Below are positions 56,195 to 64,000 of a stretch of 64,000 bases of DNA, piece after piece. The position numbers were made by a program, and so were the translations under genes. Below the pieces are notes generated by a model. It was not told the origin of the DNA, did not search any database, and was given only the letters and a program-made list of their open reading frames with translations. Location: assembly GCA_039593635.1 (NCBI GenBank), contig JBCNOW010000015.1:8942-72941 (forward strand), given 5' to 3'. The stretch's first letter is position 1; each line of letters begins with the position of its first letter. The DNA comes from Enterobacterales bacterium (lineage in GTDB: Bacteria; Pseudomonadota; Gammaproteobacteria; Enterobacterales; Enterobacteriaceae).

Positions 56195-58741
56195 ATGAAA
56201 AAGGCTTCATTAACTGCGCCAGTCTCATGCGTGCGCAGGCAGCGTATCAGGCTGACGCCGCTCAGCGTGGCGTTAATGTTAGCCCTCGGCTACAGTGCTC
56301 CGCTCTTCGCTGCCGGTGCGGTCTCATTCAACACCGATATTCTTGATCTCAACGATCGGCAAAACATCGATCTGTCGCAGTTTGCTCAGGCCGGCTACAT
56401 CATGCCGGGCGAATACATGATGGAGCTGCGCGTCAACCAGACACAGATTCCGGAAATGCTGGTGCGCTACTACGCGCCCGAAAATGCGCCGAATGAAAGT
56501 CTGCCCTGCCTGACACCCGAAATGGTGGATAAACTGGCGCTGAAACCGGAAGTGCTGAAAAACGCGTCGTGGCTGCAGGACGGCCAGTGTCTGGCGGTGG
56601 ATTCCATCTCCGGCATGCAGGTGCGCGGCAATCTGGGTGAATCTCGCCTCAACATCACCATTCCACAGGCATGGCTGGAGTACAGCGCCGCCAACTGGGA
56701 ACCGCCGTCGCGCTGGGATAACGGCGTCCCGGGCCTGTTAATGGATTACAACCTGTTTGCCTCCACTACGCGTGCGCAATACGGCGCTAAAAGCCAGAGT
56801 GTGAGCGGCAACGGCACCGGTGGCGTTAACGCCGGTGCCTGGCGCCTGCGTGCGGACTGGCAGATGCAGCAAAATCGTGGCACGGGCAGCAATCGCCAGG
56901 AATTCACCTGGACACGCTTTTACGCCTATCGGCCGCTGCCTTCTCTCCAGGCGAAAGCCACGCTGGGCGAGAACTATCTCGATTCCGGCATGTTTGACAG
57001 CTTTCGCTATCTTGGTGCGGCGATCACCAGCGATGACAACATGCTGCCGCCCAACCTGCGTGGCTATGCGCCGGAAGTAACCGGTATCGCCAAAACCAAC
57101 GCCAAAGTCACCATTAGCCAGCAGGGACGGGTGATTTATGAATCGCAGGTGGCTGCCGGTCCATTTCGTATTCAGGATCTCAATGATGCCGTCTCCGGCC
57201 AGCTTGACGTGCGCGTCGAGGAGCAGGACGGCAGCGTGCAGACCTTTAGCGTCGATACCGCCACCATCCCGTATCTGACCCGTCCGGGCCGCGTGCGTTA
57301 CAAATTCGCCAGCGGCAAACCAGGCAGCGAAGAGCACAAAACGCAGGGCCCTACGTTTGCCACCGGCGAATTCTCCTGGGGGATCAGTAACGGCTGGTCG
57401 ATGTACGGCGGCGGGCTGGCCGCAGGCAATTACAAAGCGTTATCGATGGGTCTGGGGCGCGATCTGCTGTTGCTGGGCGCCATTTCGTTTGATGCCACCC
57501 AGTCACAGGCTGGCTTACCGCAGCAGGGCAACAAAAGCGGCGGCTCTTATCGCCTGAGCTATTCCAAACGCTTCGAGGAACTTGATGGTCAGGTGACGTT
57601 TGCCGGCTACCGCTTTTCGCAGCGCAACTTTATGAGTCTGCCGCAGTATCTCGACGCGCGTTATCGCAACCAGCAGGTTTCTAACAGCAAAGAGCTCTAC
57701 ACCATTACGCTCAACAAGCACTTTCGCAGCCTGAACCTGAGTAGTTACCTCAGCTACAGCCATCAGACCTATTGGGATCGTGCCCCGCTGGATCGCTGGA
57801 GCTTTTCCACTTCGCGCTACTTTGATGTCGGCCGGTTTAAGAATCTGAGTTTAAGTCTGTCGCTCAACCGGACGCAATATAACGGCAAAAACGATGACAG
57901 CGTTTACCTCAACTTCAGTATGCCGATTGGCGGTGACAGTAGCCTGAGCTACAGCCAGCAAACCAGCGGTAAGCAAACCACCCACTCGGCCAGTTTTTAT
58001 GACCGGCTGGACAGTAATAACAGCTACAGCCTGAGCGCCGGCCTCAATAACGATCGCCGTCAGTCGTTCAGCGGGTTTTACAGTCATCAGGGCAGTCTGA
58101 CCAGCATGACGGCCAGCGCCAGCGCGCAGCAGGGACAGTACCGCAGCGCCAGCCTGTCACTGCAGGGCGGTTTAACGCTCACGCCGCAGGGCGCGGCGCT
58201 GCACCGGCTGGGCATGCCCGGCAGCACGCGTCTGATGGTCGATACCGATGGCGTCTCCGGCGTGCCGGTCAACGGTGGTGGCAGTAACACGTATACCAAT
58301 TTCTTTGGCAAAGCGGTGATTTCGGATGTGAACAGCTACTACCGCAACACCGCCAGTATCGATGTCACCGGACTGGCCGACAACGTGGAAGCGTCGCGCC
58401 CGGTAACCCAGATCACCCTGACCGAAGGTGCCATCGGTTACCGGCGTTTTGGTGTGATTAAAGGTATCAAAGCCATGGCCGCCATCCGGCTGGAAGATGG
58501 TAGCTGGCCGCCCTTTGGTGCCAGCGTCCAGAGTAACGGACGCGAAGTGGGCATTCTGGATGATGACGGCCTGGTATGGCTGAGTGGCATTGAGGCCGGT
58601 GCCAGCATGGATGTGCGCTGGAACGGCGAAACCCAGTGTCAGCTGGCATTGCCCGATCCTCTGCCGCAGCAGTTGCTCGACGAAGGACAGAACTTGTTAT
58701 TACTTTGCACGCGCCGCGCAGCGCCTGCTTATTCAACGTAA
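56195..58741 (+). CDS. Outer membrane usher (PapC-like)
   Basis: FNTDILD, PPSRWDNG, GAWRLRADWQ, LPPNLRGYAP, PPFGA. Confidence 0.95.
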   Translation: MKKASLTAPVSCVRRQRIRLTPLSVALMLALGYSAPLFAAGAVSFNTDILDLNDRQNIDLSQFAQAGYIMPGEYMMELRVNQTQIPEMLVRYYAPENAPNESLPCLTPEMVDKLALKPEVLKNASWLQDGQCLAVDSISGMQVRGNLGESRLNITIPQAWLEYSAANWEPPSRWDNGVPGLLMDYNLFASTTRAQYGAKSQSVSGNGTGGVNAGAWRLRADWQMQQNRGTGSNRQEFTWTRFYAYRPLPSLQAKATLGENYLDSGMFDSFRYLGAAITSDDNMLPPNLRGYAPEVTGIAKTNAKVTISQQGRVIYESQVAAGPFRIQDLNDAVSGQLDVRVEEQDGSVQTFSVDTATIPYLTRPGRVRYKFASGKPGSEEHKTQGPTFATGEFSWGISNGWSMYGGGLAAGNYKALSMGLGRDLLLLGAISFDATQSQAGLPQQGNKSGGSYRLSYSKRFEELDGQVTFAGYRFSQRNFMSLPQYLDARYRNQQVSNSKELYTITLNKHFRSLNLSSYLSYSHQTYWDRAPLDRWSFSTSRYFDVGRFKNLSLSLSLNRTQYNGKNDDSVYLNFSMPIGGDSSLSYSQQTSGKQTTHSASFYDRLDSNNSYSLSAGLNNDRRQSFSGFYSHQGSLTSMTASASAQQGQYRSASLSLQGGLTLTPQGAALHRLGMPGSTRLMVDTDGVSGVPVNGGGSNTYTNFFGKAVISDVNSYYRNTASIDVTGLADNVEASRPVTQITLTEGAIGYRRFGVIKGIKAMAAIRLEDGSWPPFGASVQSNGREVGILDDDGLVWLSGIEAGASMDVRWNGETQCQLALPDPLPQQLLDEGQNLLLLCTRRAAPAYST

Positions 58742-58755
58742 GGAAAGAGTTAATC

Positions 58756-59505
58756 ATGCTGGTAAAAACGCTGAGCAGCGCCTTGCTGCTCTCCACGCTG
58801 ACGCTATCGCTGCAGGCTCACGCGGCGATTGCGCTTGATCGCACCCGGGTCATTTTTAACGGTAACGAAAAAAACGTCTCACTGAATATCAGCAATGAAA
58901 ACAAGCAGCTGCCTTATCTGGCGCAGGGCTGGATTGAAGACAGCAGCGGTAAAAAAATTACGTCACCGCTGGTGCTGCTGCCGCCGGTGCAGCGCGTCGA
59001 ACCGGGCGAACGCAGCGTGGTGAAAGTGCAGGCGCTGCCCGCCATCAAGGCGCTGCCACAGGATCGTGAATCGGTGTTCTATTTCAGCATGCGTGAAATC
59101 CCGCCGCGCAGCGAGAAGAGCAACGTGCTGCAAATCGCGTTGCAGACGCGTATCAAGCTGTTCTATCGCCCGGAAGCGATCGTGGTGAGCAATCCGTCAG
59201 TGGTGACGCCATGGCAGGAAAAACTGACGCTGACGCGCAAGGGTGCACGCTACCAGCTGAATAATCCCACGCCTTACTTCATTACGCTGGTGGATGCACA
59301 GCCAGCGAAAGGCCAGTCGCTGAAGAAGAGCTTTGAACCGGTCATGGTCGCGCCAAAAACCAGTATCGATCTGGGCGTGAACGCAGCAGAACTGGGCAGC
59401 GCGCCGCTATTAACCTACATCAACGACTACGGCGGCCGTCCAACGCTGGCGCTGAAGTGTGCCGGCGACAGCTGCAGCGTCGTCAGTAACAAGGTGGAGC
59501 AGTAA
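58756..59505 (+). CDS. Periplasmic fimbrial chaperone (PapD-like)
   Basis: ALDRTRVIF, LPQDRES, KLFYRP, NPTPYFIT, INDYGG. Confidence 0.95.
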   Translation: MLVKTLSSALLLSTLTLSLQAHAAIALDRTRVIFNGNEKNVSLNISNENKQLPYLAQGWIEDSSGKKITSPLVLLPPVQRVEPGERSVVKVQALPAIKALPQDRESVFYFSMREIPPRSEKSNVLQIALQTRIKLFYRPEAIVVSNPSVVTPWQEKLTLTRKGARYQLNNPTPYFITLVDAQPAKGQSLKKSFEPVMVAPKTSIDLGVNAAELGSAPLLTYINDYGGRPTLALKCAGDSCSVVSNKVEQ

Positions 59506-59508
59506 GCG

Positions 59509-60039
59509 ATGCGTGTGCTGTTGCTGGTGCTGACGCTGTTGAGCCTGACTTTGCAGGCAGCAACCAACGGCGTGGTGCATGTGTATGGCGCGCTGCAGGA
59601 GAGTCCATGCTGGCTTGACGTCGGTAACAATGATCAGGCGGCTGGCCTCGATACCACGCCGACCGCCGCGCTGCAACAGGTCGGCGAGCAGGTGATGAAG
59701 CAGGCGTTAACGCTGCATTTGCAGGACTGTCCGTACAGTATCCGCAATGTCGCCGATCCGCTATGGCTGCAACATGTGCCGTCCATCAGCATCGACTTTT
59801 TTGCCCCGCAAAGTCTGGCCGACCCGCAGCTGATTCGCGTACAGGGCTCTGACGGCGTGGGCCTGCAATTGTTTGATGAGAACCATCAGCCGCTGCCGCC
59901 CACCTTCCGCAATCTGCGCGTGCCGCTCAGCGCCGGTAGCAATGTGCTGAGCTGGCTGACGGTAGAGGAACGCACCGCGCTGCCGCTGCAGCCGGGTGCC
60001 TGGTCAGCCAGCGGTCAGTTACAGGTGAACTATGACTAA
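59509..60039 (+). CDS. Minor fimbrial subunit
   Basis: GALQESPC, LQDC, GAWSA...VNYD. Confidence 0.75.
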   Translation: MRVLLLVLTLLSLTLQAATNGVVHVYGALQESPCWLDVGNNDQAAGLDTTPTAALQQVGEQVMKQALTLHLQDCPYSIRNVADPLWLQHVPSISIDFFAPQSLADPQLIRVQGSDGVGLQLFDENHQPLPPTFRNLRVPLSAGSNVLSWLTVEERTALPLQPGAWSASGQLQVNYD

Positions 60040-60538
60040 GCATCGACTTGTTCCGTTGATGAAGTATTACAGCAGGCTGCTGATCGGTAGCCTGCTGCTG
60101 TGCATCTGCTGGCCGCTGCATGCGGTGGAGCTGCGCCTGCACGGTACGCTGATTGAGAATCCGCCCTGCACGCTGAATGACAACCAGAGCCTGATGATTG
60201 AGTTTGGCGATGCGCTGAGCGTGAAAAAGATCGATGGCGTCAACTATCTGCAGCGTAAGGCGATACCGGTCAAGTGCACCGAGGATCCGGGTGCGGCATT
60301 GCAGGTGCGTCTGACCGGTACCGCTTCCGGATTCGACAGCAGTGCGCTGCTCAGCAGTGTGAGTGCGCTGGGTATTCGCTTTTATCTGGCCAGCAAGCCG
60401 CTGGCGGTCAACAGCACGTTGCCGATTGTTTTCCCCGGCACACTCGATCTCGGCGCGGTGCCGGTACAGCAGCCGGGCGTGACGCTGGAGGGTGGGGAGT
60501 TCACCGCCAGCGCGGCGCTGCTGCTGGAATATCAGTAA
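60032..60538 (+). CDS. Minor fimbrial subunit
   Basis: GTLIENPPCTLN, IDGVNY, GEFTASA...EYQ. Confidence 0.82.
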   Translation: MTKHRLVPLMKYYSRLLIGSLLLCICWPLHAVELRLHGTLIENPPCTLNDNQSLMIEFGDALSVKKIDGVNYLQRKAIPVKCTEDPGAALQVRLTGTASGFDSSALLSSVSALGIRFYLASKPLAVNSTLPIVFPGTLDLGAVPVQQPGVTLEGGEFTASAALLLEYQ

Positions 60539-60547
60539 GGAGAGGCG

Positions 60548-61063
60548 ATGAGAGCGGGAGTAATGCTGGTACTGGGATGGCTGCTGGTGTCACAGGCACA
60601 GGCGATAGAGATGCAGCTGCACGGCACGCTGGTGGCGGAACCCTGTTCTCTGGAGCCGGATCAGCAGCAGCTGGAGCTCAACTTTGGCGATATCGTTGCG
60701 AAATCGCTGTATCAGAATCCGCGCACGCCGGCGCGTCCGCTGGTGATGCGTCTGAGCAGTTGTGATACCGAACTGGGTAAAGACGTCGAGCTGGTGTTCA
60801 ACGGTATTGCCGATGCCGAGCAGCCCGATCTGCTGGCGCTGGCCGGTGATGCCGGTGCCAAAGGCGTGGCCATTGGCCTGAGTGATGCGGACGGAAAGCT
60901 GGTGCCCATTAACCGCGGCGTGATGCATTTTCCGCTGCAGCAGGGCGACAACCAGCTGCAGTTCAGTGCCTGGCTGCAGGCTTCGGCGAGCGCGATTGCC
61001 GAGCGCACCATTGAGCCTGGCAACGTATCGGCGATTGCTACTTTTTATCTGAACTATCCCTGA
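60548..61063 (+). CDS. Minor fimbrial subunit
   Basis: GTLVAEPCSL, LSSCDT, ATFYLNYP. Confidence 0.85.
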   Translation: MRAGVMLVLGWLLVSQAQAIEMQLHGTLVAEPCSLEPDQQQLELNFGDIVAKSLYQNPRTPARPLVMRLSSCDTELGKDVELVFNGIADAEQPDLLALAGDAGAKGVAIGLSDADGKLVPINRGVMHFPLQQGDNQLQFSAWLQASASAIAERTIEPGNVSAIATFYLNYP

Positions 61064-61927
61064 GTGCCTGTTATGTGGTTGATAAATCAACATATCACGT
61101 TTGACCCGGATCGGCGCCTGTTGCGCGATCGGCATGATAACGAGCTGCTGCTCAACCAGAGCAGCGCACGCTGCCTGGCGCTGTTTCTGCAAAAGCCGGG
61201 TGAGGTCATTAGCCACGAAACGCTGCTGGATGAAGGCTGGCGTAGCCAGGGGGTGCACGTGACGGAAAACTCGCTGCGCCAGATGCTATCGATGCTGCGC
61301 AAGCAGTTTCTGCAACTGCGGGTTGAAGGAGAAACCTTTGTCACCGTTCATCGTCAGGGCTACCGGCTGCATGAGTCGGTGCGGGTGGAAGCCTGTTTAC
61401 CGCTGGCTGAAGCCGTAGAAGAAGCGCGCATTGCGTCGGAAGCACGTATTCAGCCGCTGGTGACCACTCATGTGCACACGGCGCCGCTGCCGGTGATGGT
61501 GCAGCCGCCAGCCACCGCCACCGTGGAGGAGGAAACGACCGCTGCGGCACCACGCAGCCGTTCCGGGCTGGTGTTAATCGGCATGTTGATCAGCGCGGTG
61601 TTGTTACTGGTGCTGGCCTTACTCGGTATTAAGGTGCTGGAGATTCGCGACGTGGTGACTGTGACCTATGCACCCTATCGCCACGTGCAGGGCCGGCAGT
61701 GGTATATCCAGGACGACTTCAGCGCCACCGAGCGTGAAGAGATCGATCAAAACCTGCAGCTGGTGAGTGACAGCATGGCGCGCTTTATCCAGCTGGCCGA
61801 AGAGGAACGCCACATCTATATCAACCGCACCAAGCTGGCTGACCGTTACAGCTGGTTTATCTGTCAAAACCCCATCGAGCAGAAGGATGCGTTATGTCGG
61901 TCAGCCATATATTTCGTCGCCGAGTAA
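61064..61927 (+). CDS. ToxR/CadC/MarT-like membrane-bound winged-helix regulator
   Basis: GEVISHETLLDEGW, NSLRQMLSMLRK, TVHRQGYRL; single TM; short periplasmic domain. Confidence 0.85.
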   Translation: MPVMWLINQHITFDPDRRLLRDRHDNELLLNQSSARCLALFLQKPGEVISHETLLDEGWRSQGVHVTENSLRQMLSMLRKQFLQLRVEGETFVTVHRQGYRLHESVRVEACLPLAEAVEEARIASEARIQPLVTTHVHTAPLPVMVQPPATATVEEETTAAAPRSRSGLVLIGMLISAVLLLVLALLGIKVLEIRDVVTVTYAPYRHVQGRQWYIQDDFSATEREEIDQNLQLVSDSMARFIQLAEEERHIYINRTKLADRYSWFICQNPIEQKDALCRSAIYFVAE

Positions 61928-62403
61928 CCTGGGTGTTGCAGGGGGGATTACTGATGCTGGCGCTGGTACTGGCGGCTATCCTGATTTATCAGCTGTCGCG
62001 CCGTATCCCTCATTGTGAAGCAGATTCGATTCTGATTTCCAGAGAGGCGGGACAGCTGGTGGTGTCGCATGGGCAGTGGAAAGTGCAAAACAGTCTGTTT
62101 CAGGCCACCGGCAATTACAGCGGCATGATCAGTTATTACTCGCCACAACAGCAACTGCAGCGCCGCGAACCGGTAGACGTCTCTTTTGAGCTGCGCCACA
62201 GCTTCTCCGGCGCCGCGCTGCGCAGCGAAACCACTGCTATCTCCTACAACCTCGCTAATCGTGCCTCACCACAGAATATTGAACGCTATATCTCCGCCGG
62301 CCTGGCGCCCGGCCATGTCAATTACGGCTGGATTTATCGTCTGCAGAATGTGCGTTATGTGATTGGCAATAATGCGAATCCGTCGGTGATTTGTAAAAAA
62401 TAA
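61894..62403 (+). CDS. FidL/ToxS-like membrane-anchored partner
   Basis: N-terminal TM, Cys at each end of periplasmic domain, overlaps regulator gene. Confidence 0.55.
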   Translation: MSVSHIFRRRVTWVLQGGLLMLALVLAAILIYQLSRRIPHCEADSILISREAGQLVVSHGQWKVQNSLFQATGNYSGMISYYSPQQQLQRREPVDVSFELRHSFSGAALRSETTAISYNLANRASPQNIERYISAGLAPGHVNYGWIYRLQNVRYVIGNNANPSVICKK

Positions 62404-62406
62404 CTT

Positions 62407-63474
62407 ATGGTTATACAAATGAGTAAAATTATATTTTTCGGTTTCTTATGTTTTATTTTGATAAGAATGAATAGTGCTATAGCAGGGTTAGAAGAATCTT
62501 GCTGGACTGAACCGACTCAATTAATGGTTCTTGATACTAAGGCGTTAAAATTCAATAGTTATAAGAAAGGTGCAGAAAGCTCCCTGGGCAATAGGACTTT
62601 ATTACCCCGCATATTCCCTGTTATTTGTAATAAGAGCAAAATCACGCGGCCTCCGGGTAATCTTTCAGATGTTCTTTGGTTGGAAGGTGACATGGGTCCA
62701 TTGCTAACTCCTTCTGATCAGAACAATAGGTATTATAAATTAACTGATGATATTGATGTGGCTGTCTTGATTTTAACAAATGCGGGCACTCGTCGTAAAT
62801 ATCTTCCCGTAACTTTTAATGACGATATAATGCGAGTTATAGATGCATTCGTTCCTGTTGGCAGAAATGTCTCATCACAAAGTCCAGACTTTTCGAGCGA
62901 AACTATATATTTTAAATTGCGACGTGATGTTATCGGTGGGGCAGTAGTGATACCAGGTAATATAGTTGTAGCAACTTTATATTCCGTTGACAGATTTTTT
63001 GTGCCGCTTCCTCCGCGGCCAGACAAGCCTTTGGCTCATATTATTACCGATCCTCTTGGGGTTGTTATTCCTGTGCCGATAGTTTGTAATATTAATGAAG
63101 GTAATGCTTTAAATGTTGAGTTTGGTCGTATGGTGGTTAGTGAAATTCCTGATGCACCAGTAAATGACAAATATAGCCAGGACGTACCCCTGCACATAAA
63201 GTGCAACTCTCTCCTTAATCAGGACGCAGCAATCCAGTTAGCGACTGGGGTAACCGATTTCTCCAGCGACCTGATTGCTACCAGTAATAAGGATTTAGGT
63301 GTGGCAGTGTTTCACCGTGGGCAGCTAATGAAACCTTACCAACCTTCACCTGTAAAGCTGGTTAATGGCGAAGCCCTGGAAACTATTACACTCTCGCCGG
63401 TTAAAAGGAAAGGTGCGAAACTTTCCGGTGGTGAGTTTACTGCTTCAGCCACGGTAATTGTCACAGTAATGTAA
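62407..63474 (+). CDS. Fimbrial tip adhesin
   Basis: Two-domain size, PIVCNINEG...VEFG pilin domain, GEFTASAT. Confidence 0.85.
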   Translation: MVIQMSKIIFFGFLCFILIRMNSAIAGLEESCWTEPTQLMVLDTKALKFNSYKKGAESSLGNRTLLPRIFPVICNKSKITRPPGNLSDVLWLEGDMGPLLTPSDQNNRYYKLTDDIDVAVLILTNAGTRRKYLPVTFNDDIMRVIDAFVPVGRNVSSQSPDFSSETIYFKLRRDVIGGAVVIPGNIVVATLYSVDRFFVPLPPRPDKPLAHIITDPLGVVIPVPIVCNINEGNALNVEFGRMVVSEIPDAPVNDKYSQDVPLHIKCNSLLNQDAAIQLATGVTDFSSDLIATSNKDLGVAVFHRGQLMKPYQPSPVKLVNGEALETITLSPVKRKGAKLSGGEFTASATVIVTVM

Positions 63475-63602
63475 TAAATTAAAAAGAAGATGGGCCGAAT
63501 TTATGAAGACTAGTACGGCTGGATGTGTCCTGAGTAAATTCAAAGCCAATTGTTAATTGCTAAGTGTCTTTATTATTTTAACTGGATATGCGTATTTATG
63601 TT

Positions 63603-64000
63603 ATGAAAACCAAATTGTCGCGAAGAAAATGCGTGTTATTTATTATAAAATTTATTTTTATGAGCACCTTCTCCGGTCAGGCTCATGCTGGTCTTGATTA
63701 TGCCTGCTGGACCGACCCCTTAGCGGTAATGGTGTTGACATCTGGCCGTTTGGCTAGCCACAGCATATCTCCTGTAAAAGGAGTACACGGCAGGTTATTC
63801 TTTGATGAATCATTAGGGGGGTTTTCTGGCATATGTAATAATCCCGGTAAATATGAATGGTATAACTTACTTATTGAGGCTGATCTGGGTGCACATTTTA
63901 TCCCTTCTTCTACAAATATCGGTTATTATAAACTCACTGATGATGTTGATGTGAAGGTGCAAGGCTATGCTCCAAGCTGGTATCCTTATCCAATGACTTT
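63603..64000 (+). CDS. Second adhesin paralog (runs off window)
   Basis: Read from sequence: AHAGLDYACWTDPLAVMVL...YYKLTDDVDV vs AIAGLEESCWTEPTQLMVL...YYKLTDDIDV in the preceding adhesin. Confidence 0.8.
   Translation, partial: MKTKLSRRKCVLFIIKFIFMSTFSGQAHAGLDYACWTDPLAVMVLTSGRLASHSISPVKGVHGRLFFDESLGGFSGICNNPGKYEWYNLLIEADLGAHFIPSSTNIGYYKLTDDVDVKVQGYAPSWYPYPMT

Overview
Enterobacterales chromosome segment in three parts. (1) 1-30170 is core backbone: hemN-yshB-glnGLA-typA-yihXY-dtd-fabY-yicH-xanP-recG-trmH-spoT-rpoZ-gmk-ligB-yicG plus accessory genes and an LpxL/LpxP acyltransferase. Many core genes in the first 22.5 kb carry isolated frameshifts that look like assembly errors, and the backbone may mix Enterobacter-like and Pantoea-like sequence. 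(2) 30172-53631 is a ~23.5 kb AT-rich integrative mobilizable island inserted in the 3' end of yicC (21-bp imperfect direct repeat). It carries a P4-type tyrosine integrase, AlpA, MobC/relaxase with a candidate oriT and an H-NS paralog. Its cargo is a DUF3289/DUF943-like pair, a serine recombinase + ParB + ParB operon (last gene split by an IS1222-like IS3 element) behind a potentially structured leader, a GInt-like block of three tyrosine recombinases, a TIR protein with an unusual C-terminus, and a YejK-like protein followed by two membrane proteins. (3) 54.5-64 kb, upstream of yicC, is a chaperone-usher fimbrial operon with an embedded ToxR/MarT-FidL-like pair and tandem adhesins. The best candidates for undescribed systems are the serine recombinase-ParB-ParB module and the YejK-like/TM cassette. 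All family assignments come from motif recognition by eye; no searches were run.
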